A stretch of 64,000 nt of DNA from Epiperipatus broadwayi (Eukaryota > Animalia > Onychophora): positions 496,001-560,000 of the forward strand of contig JAQFVV010000009.1 in assembly GCA_028023455.1 (NCBI GenBank). Reading direction: 5' to 3'. Below, piece by piece: positions 41,668-54,596 of the stretch; position 1 is the first letter of the stretch; the number at the start of each line of letters is the position of its first letter. A program made the position numbers and the translations under genes. The notes under the pieces are model-generated. The model made no database searches. It worked only from the letters and a program-made list of their open reading frames with translations, and was not told the origin of the DNA.

Positions 41668-42205
41668 TTTTTATTATTATTACAATAGATTTTAAATAAT
41701 AGACATTTTGTTTATATTATATATATATATATATATATTCAAGAGCTACGAATGATACACAACAATGTATTAATGAAAAAACCCAAATTAAAGTAATACT
41801 AAACATACATCTACTTTCATATCTTTCTAAACAAATATATTAGTCTAGTAGTCAATCTACAAAATTCCTGTCAAAAAATCTAATTGAAAATTTTTCTAAT
41901 TTTTTTATCCCCTTGTCCCCAATGTTCTTGGAATAATATAAGTGATGTTTTTCCTAGAATAAAAAGGATCACTTTCAAAAAATGTTTGCCCATAAATTTT
42001 TAACTATACATGATGCAATTAGATGTTAGGAATTTTTGTCATGGACATTCTTACATTAAAGGAATGTACAATTTTAATTATTTTATAATTACAAGTTTTT
42101 TTTTAATACAGTACAATTTACACTTTTATTTATTCATATATATTAAAACCATTATGGGTTTCATGGCATACAACAACAGTAGTGTGTATGTGCATATATA
42201 TATAT

Positions 42206-44931
42206 TGTAACGATCCGGAGAAGGTAGACTTACGTAAGTCTACCTTCTCCGGATCGTTACAACTGGTGAACCAACTCAGGCCGATCTTTAATAAACCACA
42301 TATACCCTGAGCAAATTTTATCAAAATGAAATATTTTTATCTGTTTAAATATAGTCGTATACTTTAAATCTTATAAAAGCACTGCCAGAATGAAATAGCA
42401 CATATATTAAAAACTAGAAAGGATAAATAATTTTAAATTGTAGTTCGTTAAAAAGAAAATCAAAAGGTTGTGATTGATATTTTGTTGTTAATATAAATTA
42501 TGCTTTAATGTGTATAGAGCCACAGCCAACAAGTTTATGATTAAATGTGGTACCTTATAAGAGTACCTTGGGAATTTACTTAGTGTAATCCTATTTAAGC
42601 ATTTTAATAGTCATAAATAAGTTGATGGTATTTATAATTTCTGCAAATATACACGCATAAACCCATTATCTTTCAAAATATATTTACTTCAATGCAACCT
42701 TCCTAAATAATTTAAATAAGTTGCTTGTCATGCTGTGAGTAAAAATAAAATGTATAAAATAAAATAGAATTCTCGGGGGAGGAGGTGTAAACTAAATGGT
42801 CCTTAGGTAGCGATAGTAAACATTTTTTTTTTATATGTCTTTTTAAAATTATTAACCGGATTTTTAAACATCTTCGCAATCGTTACCGTAATTACTAACC
42901 CTAAGTAAAATTTTTTTTTATCATTTTTTAACAACTTTACTGATAGTAACGAGCACAGACGTTCTTACATTGTTTTTTTATTTATTAAACATGAAAGTAA
43001 ATTAAAAAGTTCGCATTTAAAAATTTTCTTTAAGAATTAAAAATTGAAATTAAATATCTTAAACTCGTATATATTAAATCGCACAGATAATGAAAAATTA
43101 TTAAAATAAAACTTTATTAAAGAAAAAGTATTTTAAAACTAAATTTTAAAAGATTTAAATAAAATTATATCTATAAATTTATCTTTAAATATATCTTTAT
43201 TTAAAACAGGTTAATTAATCAGAAATGGAAATGATAAATTTAATTAGTCAAATTAAACAGCTTGGATTTAAATGTAAAAACATCATCAGTTAGGAAAACA
43301 ATAGAAACTTTTAGCAAATGAAATAAATCCATTGAAATCGGACCTCAACGAAAAGGGATCATGATCGTGATAATGTAAATGAATCCTTCAAATGAATATA
43401 AAAGGACATGGTTGAAAATTATTAGGGATTGTAATTGATATTACGGTGAGAGATATGTTAGTGCGGAAGTGAAGGGATTGAAAAAGGAGATTCAATCCTT
43501 TAGTTTGCTAGGAAAGAAAGAGAAATGAATATGTTTATGATTGAGGACTAGTAAAGCAAAAATCTCCGATGGATAAATAAATCCCTTCAGAATATTAACT
43601 TTTAGGACAGCTGGGAATTCACTTCATGAAAACGGATAAAGTTGGACTTTTAAAAATCATAAGAATTTATATTCACTTGAAACAATAAGAACCTAAATTT
43701 TAAAACTTTAGTAAATAATGAATAGAATCCTATCTGACCAAACTAAATTCTTCATTAATAATGTATTTGGTATTTGTTAGTTATTTATTTAAAATATTTC
43801 ATTTATTTAACTTTTTCTTTAAGGTTATTTATGATTTCTTTCTATAAATTAAAATATACAATGTTAAACTTAAGTCAGGAATGGGTATAGATTTGTAGAG
43901 TTATATTAGGGGGAGGGTAATCTTAGGTTATTTGTTTATTAATTGGAATGGATTGGATATATGAGTAGTTAGTAGGTAGTCAGAGATTGACTGGAGAACT
44001 TTATATATATCATCACCCTTGCTATGAAGGAATTATAAGACGAGAACGAGTTCCTTCTATGGAGTTTTTTATCTCTCAGATAGATGCATATTCTATTGAT
44101 GAGGCAATCTCTCTAACATTTTTCGTATTAATTGAATACATGATATCAGATGAATTGATGAGTTTGATGCTTTTAGTAGGTAAATAAAGCTAGAATTTTT
44201 ATTTTCAAATGCAAATGTAGTCTATTCCTACTCGCTAAATAAAAAGCATAAATTTAAGTTGTTTATAGAGTTGAGGATGGTTATCGGTTAGTATGTTGTT
44301 CTATTTGATCGAAATATATAGAATTCGATAAATAATGATACTTACGTGAGTATCTAAAAGTATTTATTCGGTTCAGCATTGTACAATGAAGTATTATGGT
44401 GAATACTACTGGGTTACTTATAAATTCCTGCATTGCATTCATGATTTATTTTTGATCTTTTGAATTTTTTAAAATCTATGTAACCGATCTATAGCAACAT
44501 ATTAAAACAAGCTTTTATAATCCCATCTGTGCGAACTTAATTAAAATGTAAACTTATAATATAATAGAAATAAAAATGTAAATTAAAATCTAAGGTAAAG
44601 TTAAAAATAATGTTAAATGTTAAAATGTAAAACTAATACTAACATAATTTTAAATCTTATATATATATGTACATAAATAAATGTTTGTATGTTAATTACT
44701 GGCAGTGGCTTATTTTATTCTTCTTTTTTATATATACTCTTAGATTATATTATTAAATCTCTGCTATTCCACTGAGCTAGTGACATGGGCTAACGACCGG
44801 ATGCAAAAAAAAAAAAAAATTTTTTTTTTTGACTTACGTATCTGCCTACTCTATAAATTTTTCTAGGTTTAAATGCCTAGATGGCGCCCGTAGTGCAGAT
44901 TACGTGAAGTCGCCTTCTCCGGATCGTTACA
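42206..44931. mobile_element. 2726-bp TG...CA element (solo-LTR-like) with terminal inverted repeats and a 56-bp terminal palindrome
   Basis: The first 19 bp (TGTAACGATCCGGAGAAGG) are the exact reverse complement of the last 19 bp. ATAT lies on both sides (42202-42205 and 44932-44935) within (TA)n. Confidence 0.8.
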
Positions 44932-47240
44932 ATATATATATAAAGTTGAAAGGAAAAGTGGAAATAAACACAGTCAATTTTTTTTAGATTTTCTACATTA
45001 CACTGGAATAACAGTAAAGTGTAAATAATTTTAAGTTTAAATTTTTTTATTATAAATTAAACACTTAAAAAAAAGTCTAATTAATATTTTATTAATTCTG
45101 ATTTTGAAATTAAAACAAGCACATTTTTATGTTGCAATAGATATTCTGATAATTATAAAATTCCACTATTTATTTTAGAAATCTTTTTAAAGTAAAACTT
45201 ATATAACATATTTTGATAAAATTCCTCTATCTATTTTAGAAATCTTTTTTAAAGTATTTTAATAATATTTCACAAAGTGGGTTCTCAAATGATTAAAGTG
45301 AATTGAAGAGTCATTAACTTTTTTCAATCAAGATTGGAATCACATTTTTAACTAATGTATTTTCCCCCACACCCTGACTAAAAGGGGTGAAAAAAGATGA
45401 GAGAATAGTTCTTAAGAGTTCTTAGAATTGTACAGATTAGAACAGATCTACCATGAAGAAATAATTGTAGGCAAGTGACAATGGATCTGACTGCTGCTAG
45501 TACAACATTGAAGGAGTTTTGACTTACATGGAGAATAGGGACAGCTTTCTGTTCTTTAACCTATATGTAATGTGTACTAGCTGGAATACTTGCCAAAATT
45601 CTATCAAATGATAGAGACTGAAGGGATATCATTGCAGGATAATAGTTACCTGAATTATGCCTTTCCTGAAGATGAGAATAAGCCAGTGTAGTTTTCCCAA
45701 AGAATCCATCAGCTTGTTGAAGAATTGGTTTATACTTATGCTGATTTATCTATATGCAGAGAAGCACAAATTAAGTTATATATATATGAAGCACAACTAT
45801 ATAGAGAGAATGATATTATTTTAAATTATTTATTTAAAAAAATAAAATTTAAAATCTATAATTTAAAAGTACAAGTAAATAATTTTTTTTAAATTAAAAA
45901 TCTAAAAGTAAAGATTTGATTCATAAACTCCAAAAGTATTACTAGATTGGAAAATGAAGAAATTTGTCAGAGTATTTTTTTAAAAATGTTTATAATTAAT
46001 CAACAATAACCTGATAAAGATTGATTTTTTAAAAAAAAAAAGAAAGAAAAACTTTTATGAATTTTATGTATATTTCAATAAGGAATTAATTGTAAAAAAT
46101 ATAATTTTTTGTAATAAATTTATTATTTTGACAAAACATATGATATAAACATTAATGTACATATACACTTCCATGTGCACACACATATATGGTAAATCTG
46201 TCATTAATTATGAATTAAAAATAAAAAGAATTTCATTTATAGATTATGACAATTTAAATGTTAATAAATTATTATACTGCACATCTGTGTGCTGATATAG
46301 ATATATGTATTTTGTGTAAACCCATTATGAGGTATTTGTAAATCATAGTGGGATAGTTTATTTTTTATATATTATTATATAACAATTTCCATATTATACT
46401 GCATGTCTGTGTGCATATATTAATGCATGTCAGATAGGCACATATGTAAAAATTAATCATTTTTAATTATTTTATGACAATTTAAATATGTTCAGAAAGT
46501 ATTATACCATATGTTTGTGTGCTGACATTTGTTTTAAGAAAACCTATTGGAACATATGTACAAATCACAATGTGATAGCATATTTTTGTATAGTGATCAC
46601 AATCAGGACACCTAATTTATATGTTATATCATCTCTTCTTCACTATAAGTTACAGAGCTTGTGAGCTAGATTCATACCTAGTGGTCTATTATACAAAAAA
46701 CCAATTATATTTAGTATTTATGAGCATCTATCTGATGATGATCCTGTATTGGTGCAAAAGGGATATTCTTTAAAGTGCATGCACATTTTATTTAGTTTAG
46801 TATTTATTTAGAAATTAAGTTTATAGTTGATCAGTACATTAAGTTCCCAGAGCATTGATAGTGATCATCATGTTTTAATATACAGCAATATTGTTTTATT
46901 GTTATATATTTTGATGGATTAGCACTTAAGTTTGTGCATTCAAATTGATGCTTAAATATTCTGCCATAAGCTGAAAAAGATTAAATAATTAGCTTGGTCT
47001 ACAGTAGACCCATTTCAAATCCAGTCACAAAACTGACTGTTCATTTTATTGTTGATTTATTTTATTGTTGATCATTCATGATGATGGATGCTTATTATTT
47101 TTGTGTAATGATGGTGAACTTATAGTTAACATAATTATCTTTAATATGGTTAGCAGACTGATCTCTCAGAGTGAAATCTCATGCTCATTACTTTTATATT
47201 ACATTTATATATTAAATTTATATTTAATACATTACCAGAA

Positions 47241-48099
47241 CCTTAAAGGCAAAATTATAATAATCAATAAAGCAAGTCATATATTGTGTGACACTGCTTC
47301 TATAAGCTTGTATTTACAAATATGTAATATAGGGAATGTACCAATAGCTCAAACAAGCACTTAATGCTAAGTACAGTAAGAGAAAAATATTTAAAATCTC
47401 TATCTAGAATATTCTATCCCCAGATGAATTGATTTTGAACTTTTGGCTTACCTCAGTGAGGAGCTAGAACATTCAGACAGTAGATATGAAATATCAACTC
47501 AAACCCATCACTTATTTAATACATAACTATTGAATAGAAAATCTGAAATTTTCAGACATAAAAATGTCTTTAACTCCAGCTATCTAACTCAAATAGCTAT
47601 ATGAGACTAAACCAAATTCGGATCTATCATATATTAATAGCCTCAGCATCATCAAAGCCTTAAAGGCAAATTATAGTAATCAATAAAGCAAGATGTATAT
47701 TGGATGACATTGCTTTTATAAGCTTGTATTTACAAATATGTGATTGGTTTGGTCCCAAATAACTATTTGAGTTAGATAGCTAGAATTAAAAACATTTTTT
47801 ATGTCTGAAAATTTTAGATCTTCTACTCAATAGTTACATATTAAATAAGTGCTGGGTTTTAAATTGATATTTTAGATTTAGTGTCTGAGTGTTTCAGCTT
47901 CTCATTGAGGGGAGCCAAAAGCTTGAAACTAATTGGTTTAGGGAAAGAAATATTCTAGATACAGATATTAAATATTTTTCTCTTACCATACTTATCAATA
48001 AAAGCTTGTTTGAGCTATAGGTATGCTCCCTATATTACATATTTGTAAATACAAGCTTATAAAAGCAATGTCATGCAATATATATGACTTGCTTTATTG

Positions 48100-48103
<4 letters not shown>
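47241..48103. mobile_element. Fold-back element with ~350-bp inverted arms and an internal direct copy of its terminus
   Basis: The left arm from 47261 (TAATCAATAAAGCAAGTCATATA...) mirrors the right arm ending at 48103. The terminal ~90 bp recurs in direct orientation at ~47659-47740. Confidence 0.8.

Positions 48104-48136
<33 letters not shown>
48103..48136. repeat. (TA)n microsatellite at the left boundary of the outer LTR element
   Basis: A pure TA run. Other TA runs lie at ~39351-39371, ~41716-41737 and ~49791-49817. Confidence 0.95.
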
Positions 48137-48140
<4 letters not shown>

Positions 48141-49785
48141 GGTATAGACTGATATGCCCGGATGTTCTGGTCTGCAACTACACTTGAACACACAGATCAA
48201 CATTAACAATCAGCTGGTTCATCTATAACATATAATTAACTTACTTCCAATCTAAAAATGCTGGTGCACCTATCTGCCATATCCCAAAGTTGATAGTGCC
48301 AAATGCAACAGTCTGGTCCATCCATGTATATAGGTGAAAGAGAGCAAGCTCGCATCTAACTACTGTCGGACCTAGGGTCTTCATGTGGGTGCTAGAAATA
48401 AAATGATAAAATACCTGACTCATGATTACATCCATCTTCAATAGACTAGCTAAGCATCATCCATTAAATCTACATGCAATTCAAATCAGTTCATTTCACA
48501 TCATACCACTTTTTCCAAAAACGTTGCCTCAGATACTCAAACTCAGGAAGAATTTGCATTCGACTCTCTTAACAGGTATGTATTTATGCAAACCATTAAT
48601 CAATGATGAAAATAATACATGTCCCATCTACTAGAAAGAAATAACCTCTATTTAACAATGTTCCCACATACCTATCAAACAATAATGTGAGTGTGTGCAT
48701 GTGTAAAACATGGGTTATAAAATGTAATGTAAGTGCTGAATTGAATGTAAATGCTGGATCAACAAAACTACAGAGATCTTGTTAATTTGCAAAACTTCAT
48801 AATATTTATTTACAAACAAAAATAGGATATATTTAAACATAAAATAAATCTTTAAACAATTTAGAAAAGACAAAAAATTTCAATAAAGAAAAATATTTAA
48901 AAATGCCCATAAATTACTTGGATATCTCTATGTATTTACAGTTTCCATGACTATGATGATAATAATAAAAAAATGATTAATTAAAAAAAATGAGATTGCT
49001 AACCCTAAGTAAATTTACCTGCAACCTCAGATATAATGTGCAATTTTAATTGTGAAAAAATATAATGATAACACAACACAGAATGTGATAGAAAATAATA
49101 TAAAGAATACTATTTTAAAAGGGTTAGTCATTTATTCACCAAATCTTAAAAAATATTATTAGTAATATATATATATATAAATAGTCATGTCATGTGGCAA
49201 ATATAGTTTATATCAGTGGCTTTAAAAAAATAAAAATCTCTTACCATTAAATATTCTAGTGAAGCGCTTAATTGTTTGTGCATATTTCAATCCTACATCT
49301 CTCAGTAAAAAGCAAATCATCTAAATTTTATTTTTAAAAAAAGACTTTTCAACCCATCCCCCCTCCCCTACTCTCTTGATATTTTTATATATTGGATTAA
49401 CCCCGGTATAATTAGCAATAGCTTTTTCCAAATATATGATGGGATAATAAATAAAAATAAAAATACAAATTGATACAACAAAAAAAAAATAAAACATAAT
49501 TTACAATTTTCCCTTTATATAAAGTTCTTACGGTTGATGTCTTTTTTAAATAGATGTTGAAGAACTCCAGTTTAATCTGATAGAAAATCCTGAAGGTATT
49601 TCAGTGGGCAGTATGTAGTTTGGTGTTACTCATTCCATAGGTTTTCATCCTGTGTAAATCTCAACTTCTCAGGCAATTTAACTGTAGACAGTCATATCTT
49701 TATATTTTTATATGGCCATAGTGGATAGAAAAAAATGCTTCACCCTGATGACAATTCAGCTCTTTAGACAACATATTCCATACTT

Positions 49786-49817
<32 letters not shown>

Positions 49818-51250
49818 ACTTTACATAAATTTATATGCAGTTTGCATATAATAAAATATTTTTATAGACAGAATGAAGCTTAACTCAACTGTTCTGATTT
49901 CCTTTTTTTTAGTTACTTTTAAACACAAGTCAGATTGCTTTTCTTTTTTAAAAATTTAGATTGTTAATTATTTCCACTTATCTACTGAATAAATCAGATT
50001 AATGTTCCATTCATTTCTTTTACTTTTATCCAAATGCTGAATTAATTAAGAAAAAAAATATCTATTTTGTAGAACAATATAAAAATAATCCTTCTGATAA
50101 AACTAGACTTTACCGATTTTTATTGCCGATCTTTATTGCCGAGCAAGAAGCAGCAGACAATTTTTTAATTGTTTCCTTTTTATCTTGGTGCTATTTCTAT
50201 TGTTTAAAAACCTGCATTTCAGCTTTAAAAAAAATATTTTTTTTACATTGATTCATTAAAAATAATAAAACAAATTATAAAACAAATCTATATGATTACA
50301 CTCTTATCCCATTTAAATTATATGATTTATTTTCTACTGTTATAATTATTGTTTTTTTATATTTAAGTCATGGTCAATTTAATGCAATACAAACGATCAA
50401 CATATATACAATTTAACGCAATACAAACGATCAACATATATATATATAACTATGTGCATTTTTTTTATTATTAAGATTGAAATTTTTTTAGTAATAAAAT
50501 TTTATTACTAATATATATGTGTGTGTGTTTTTATTTTTTTTTATGGTCAATTACCCATCATTCTTAAGTACTTAGTAAGTAGTTATTATACTGTTTAAAA
50601 AAAAATATTAAAAATATAAAAACATTAATTTTCCTTTCGAAAAGTGTTCTAGCAAAAAAAAAAACTTTATTTATCTTTCTACTTGCTAATTAAAAAAAAT
50701 TCCATTATTTCAAATTGCTTAGGTATGTTGTTGCATAGTGATTTTTAGTTACCTACACAATTCTTTTCCCTACCCAAGATCAAAATTTTGCTTGTAAATC
50801 AAGATTTTATCTTCTAATGCTTGTAAAGCATGTACATTTTATTTATCCTTCTACTTGCTAATTAAAAACAATTCCATTATTTCAAATTGCTTAGGTATAT
50901 TGTTGCATAGTGATTTTTAGCTACCTACACAATTCTTTTCTCTACACAAGATCAAAATTTTGCTTGTAAATCAAGATTTTATCTTCAATGGTTGTAAAGC
51001 ATGTACATTTTGGGTGTATTAACCTTCCTTCTTATCTGTGAAAAAATCACACCCTAACTTTCTTCCAGTCCTTTCAATCTCTTAATTTCAAATACTTGTC
51101 CTGGCATTTCCTCTCTCAATAATTATACATCATTCCAAGTGAAAACCTATCTTAGGTCAATAAATATATATATATATTTGCTGTTCAACTTTATGGTATG
51201 AACCTGACCATTTATGTATTTCTATAACAGATGATACACATCTTTGTTCA
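48137..51250 (-). repeat. 3' LTR of the outer element (right boundary tentative)
   Basis: The left part is homologous to 63453-64000. The boundary at 51250 is inferred only from the minus-strand purine tract GAGTAGGAGAGAGATTAG directly followed by TG. Confidence 0.5.
50666..51010. repeat. 172-bp tandem duplication
   Basis: The unit TTTATTTATCYTTCTACTTGCTAATTAAAA...GCATGTACAT starts at 50666 and again at 50838. Confidence 0.9.
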
Positions 51251-51519
51251 CTAATCTCTCTCCTACTCTTTTTAAAGACTTACTGGATTTTGAGGACTAC
51301 ATGAACTAGAGTATCCATTGCCACACGTGGATTGACTAAAAAAAAATGAGGTCAGTTCTAAAGTATACCAGTATGTCTACTGGAGCATACCCTCATAAAT
51401 ACAATATCTTAATTATTATAACCCTAACAACATTTTTTTATGTTCTTTCACTTTTTCTTAACTTCCTTATCATTTCTACTGCTAACTATTAGTTGGTGAT
51501 GAAATTATTTATTTCATAC

Positions 51520-51790
51520 TATTTTATAGATTGATCAATATATAATATAAATATATCTAACATTGTATGTATCTCTAATCTCTCCTTTCATATTTAACCC
51601 AAAACATTAGAATCTATCTGTTTTACTATGACATCTGATCCCTTCATTGATTATAAGATTTCTTATACTTGTTTTTTTGGGGGTTTTGTTTTGATAGTGA
51701 GTCCATACAAGTACTCGGTTCCTATCTGAAATCTATATGATTTTTCCTTCTCATTCTTCTCAGTTTTGCTTTATTATGTAACACATCATG
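51520..51790 (-). pseudogene. Gypsy integrase C-terminal remnant
   Basis: Frameshifted FQIG.RVLVWTHYQ resembles the FxVGDxVLxxxHxxS motif that follows the integrase core. Confidence 0.5.
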
Positions 51791-52174
51791 ACTTTTTTTT
51801 TCTTTTTTAACTACTTAAGTATTTCTGTCATGATGTACAGCTGTGGGTAAATATATGTATATTATACGAATGGTATTTTTGATTCATAGTATTATTGTGA
51901 TGAAATAATTTTTATGACTTATTACACATGTATATGAAATCTTTGCATCAACTGACTTTTAACATTGTTTTGAATGTTGACATCACCATTAACTATTTTA
52001 CATATATACATTAATTTGATCTATGTTCCCTAGTGTTTCTTTGTCTTCTTAAATGTGGGGAACACAACCTCAAATTCCTTTTTAGTTTGGTCTGTGCTGT
52101 ATCCTGGGTTAGTTATTACTACACCCTGGTTTATTATATTCAATAGGGTTCATTTTAACTCCACCATCCCTTGT

Positions 52175-53986
52175 CTAATTCTGGTTAAGTGATGGAGGGT
52201 GTTGTGGTGATTTACCCTTCCAGTGGTTGGGGTTATTATTACCTCTCCACCTCTTATAATTGATCATGTTCACTCTAGGATCCTCATTTCTTTTTTCTGG
52301 AGTCTGGATAGATAAATTAGCATTACTTAAGTCTATGCTATTAAGCAACTCTGCAACTTGCTCAATGCTTTTGGCATTTGTGTATAAAAGTGACTGCTCT
52401 ATTCTCAAAAGTAAGTTATTTTAATTATCCTTATAATTGCAGTCTCGCTTAGGTGGTGTCAAGCATTCGCAGCTTGCTAACCTGGTGATGGAAAAACTTG
52501 GTCATGGTTCCCCTGGTGCTGGTTTGTATCTCTCTTGAAATAAGTTATAAAGCAAGGCCTCCTGCTTTTCTTTATCCCAAAAGTTTTTCACCAATAAAGT
52601 TTGATACTCCTCATGGGTGGATGGGGTTTGATATAAGGATTCCCACCACATCAGCATGTCACCCTGTAAGTGACTATAAGCAATTATCACTTTTTCAGCT
52701 TCAGTCAAATTCTGATCACCGAGAAGTATAACTCAAGACTTTTTAAATGTTCTATCGGGGCTTTATTAGCTAATCCTTTAAATATTTTGAGTTTCACAAA
52801 TTGATTGATCACACTAACTTGCATCAAGTGGCCACATGATTTATTTGGTTCAGCAGGCTTCACATGAGGTGTTAACTGTTGCCTATCCAAGTTACACATG
52901 CTCGGGTTAGCCTCACCATAGTCACTGTGAAAAAGATAATCTATATCTTGTGTAATCTGGCATGGTGCATTAGGCTCCAAACATGGTTCACATGTTTGAC
53001 CAAGATCCCTGCTATAAGTTTCCCAGTGCACCTCTGCTTTATCCCTTCCTCCTTGTCTGTCCTCAGTTCTACATCAGCCTTCTGTGTCCTTATCATCTGA
53101 GTATTTTGGGACACTCGTAATTCAATTCCCTCCAGTCTTTGGCTACGGGTCTCATCTAAATGTTTTAGGTCACAATTTAAATTTTTTTATAGTTTTCCTA
53201 TGCATCTCTATCATTTTACAGCATTCTTCTATCTCCATGTTTTACTTAGTGCTGAACAGGTCTAAAATTTCATGGGTAGCCTTCATTTTTTCATGCATTT
53301 GATCTGCATGCTTCCTTTGACTCTCACAAATCTCTTTTTTGAAGGACTCTTGACTTTGACACACCTCTTGGTATTTAACAGTTAGTTGACTAGTGACCCA
53401 ATGTTTAAACTCTTCCAATCATTGTCTACATTGTGTATCTTTCTCCTCAACTTCTTTTCTCATTTCCCTTATTTCTTGTTTCAACTCAACACTACTCATT
53501 TGAACACTTGTCAAACTTTTAGACAATTGTTTCATTTCTTGTGATAATTTTGTTTCCACATTTTTAATTTCTTCTCTTAAAACTGTTTGCATAATATTCA
53601 CACTTTCCTTCATCCCTATGTCCATCTTTAATTCCATATTAGCAATATCAGTCTTGGTTGCCATATCTCCCATTCTGACTTTTATGCTATCTATATTAAG
53701 GTTTTTAATTTTTCTACTTTGTCTTTATTAACCATATTAGCCTTCAATTGGTTCACACTTTCATTCATACCCTTTATATCAAGTTTCATATTACTCATTT
53801 CAGACTTCATACTACTCTCTATATCAAGCTTCATATTTTCCATTTTAGCCTTCATATCATCACTATCAGCCTTCATATCAAGCTTCATATTTTCCATTTT
53901 TGCCTTCATATCATCACTATAAGCCTTCATATCAAGCTTCATATTCTCCATTTGTCCCTTCATATCATCACTGTCAGCCTTCATAT
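52175..53986 (-). pseudogene. Gypsy gag, C-terminal part (coiled-coil repeats and capsid domain), fragmented
   Basis: ORF pieces 53691-53984 and 53419-53673 are coiled-coil. 52705-53031 has LKIFKG...PIEHLKSLELYF. 52502-52708 has EKVIIAYSHLQGDMLMWW...KNFWDKEKQ (Ty3/Gypsy capsid pattern). 52175-52408 follows. Confidence 0.85.
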
Positions 53987-54562
53987 TGAAGCAATCGATG
54001 TCTAATCATCATCGAGCTTCATGTTTCACCATCTATACTAACCTCCTAGGGGTCCAACATTTAGACCTTGCTATAAATATATGCTATTCCCTCACACACT
54101 GTATGCCGAATCATTGGAGAAATTAGTAAAATTAATTTTTATTTAGTAAAGTAAAACAGTAGTGTGCGTGATGCATATATATATGAATGAAGCAATAATA
54201 TTATTAATGTTTATTGCTGTCAACTAAACATTTTCTTTATATAATTGTAATTTTTTTTTGTTATATCTATATGTATTTTGATTTAAAGTATTTAATTAAA
54301 CTATTGGAATGTGACAACAAAGAAAAATGGGGAAGGCTTGAAATACTGAAATTATCTTTATCTCTAGTCAGATCATTGTCTATAATTAAAATTTATAAAT
54401 CTTAATTAAAATCGAAAGCAATTTTTTTGTCAGTTGTTTTCATATCTTTCAAAACAGCTAAAATATCTATTGAAAATATTTTGCTAATTAAATGTTGTTT
54501 TTAAAGGGATTATAGAGATAGGGTTGGTATATGAAATTGCATTCTGGGCGGCATTAAAATGT

Positions 54563-54596
54563 TATAAAAAAAGCCACAGAACAAAGAAAGTCAGTT
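54563..54596 (+). promoter_or_regulatory. LTR core promoter: TATA box and TCAGTT initiator
   Basis: TATAAAA at 54563 and TCAGTT with its A at 54593, exactly 30 nt apart. The spacing is identical in the 3' LTR (60238 and 60268). Confidence 0.75.

Noticed and set aside
42206-42261. Protelomerase (telRL-like) site or parvoviral hairpin, suggested by the 56-bp palindrome
   Set aside because: There is no sequence resemblance and no resolvase or NS1 gene nearby. The same sequence is the element's TIR, so the length match is coincidental.
43379-44187. Decayed coding region inside the 42206 element
   Set aside because: The stop density in the best frame is about what AT-rich random sequence gives, and the 66-aa ORF is unrecognisable.
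53719-54005. Plus-strand His/Ile-rich repetitive ORFs
   Set aside because: These are antisense readings of the gag tandem repeat.
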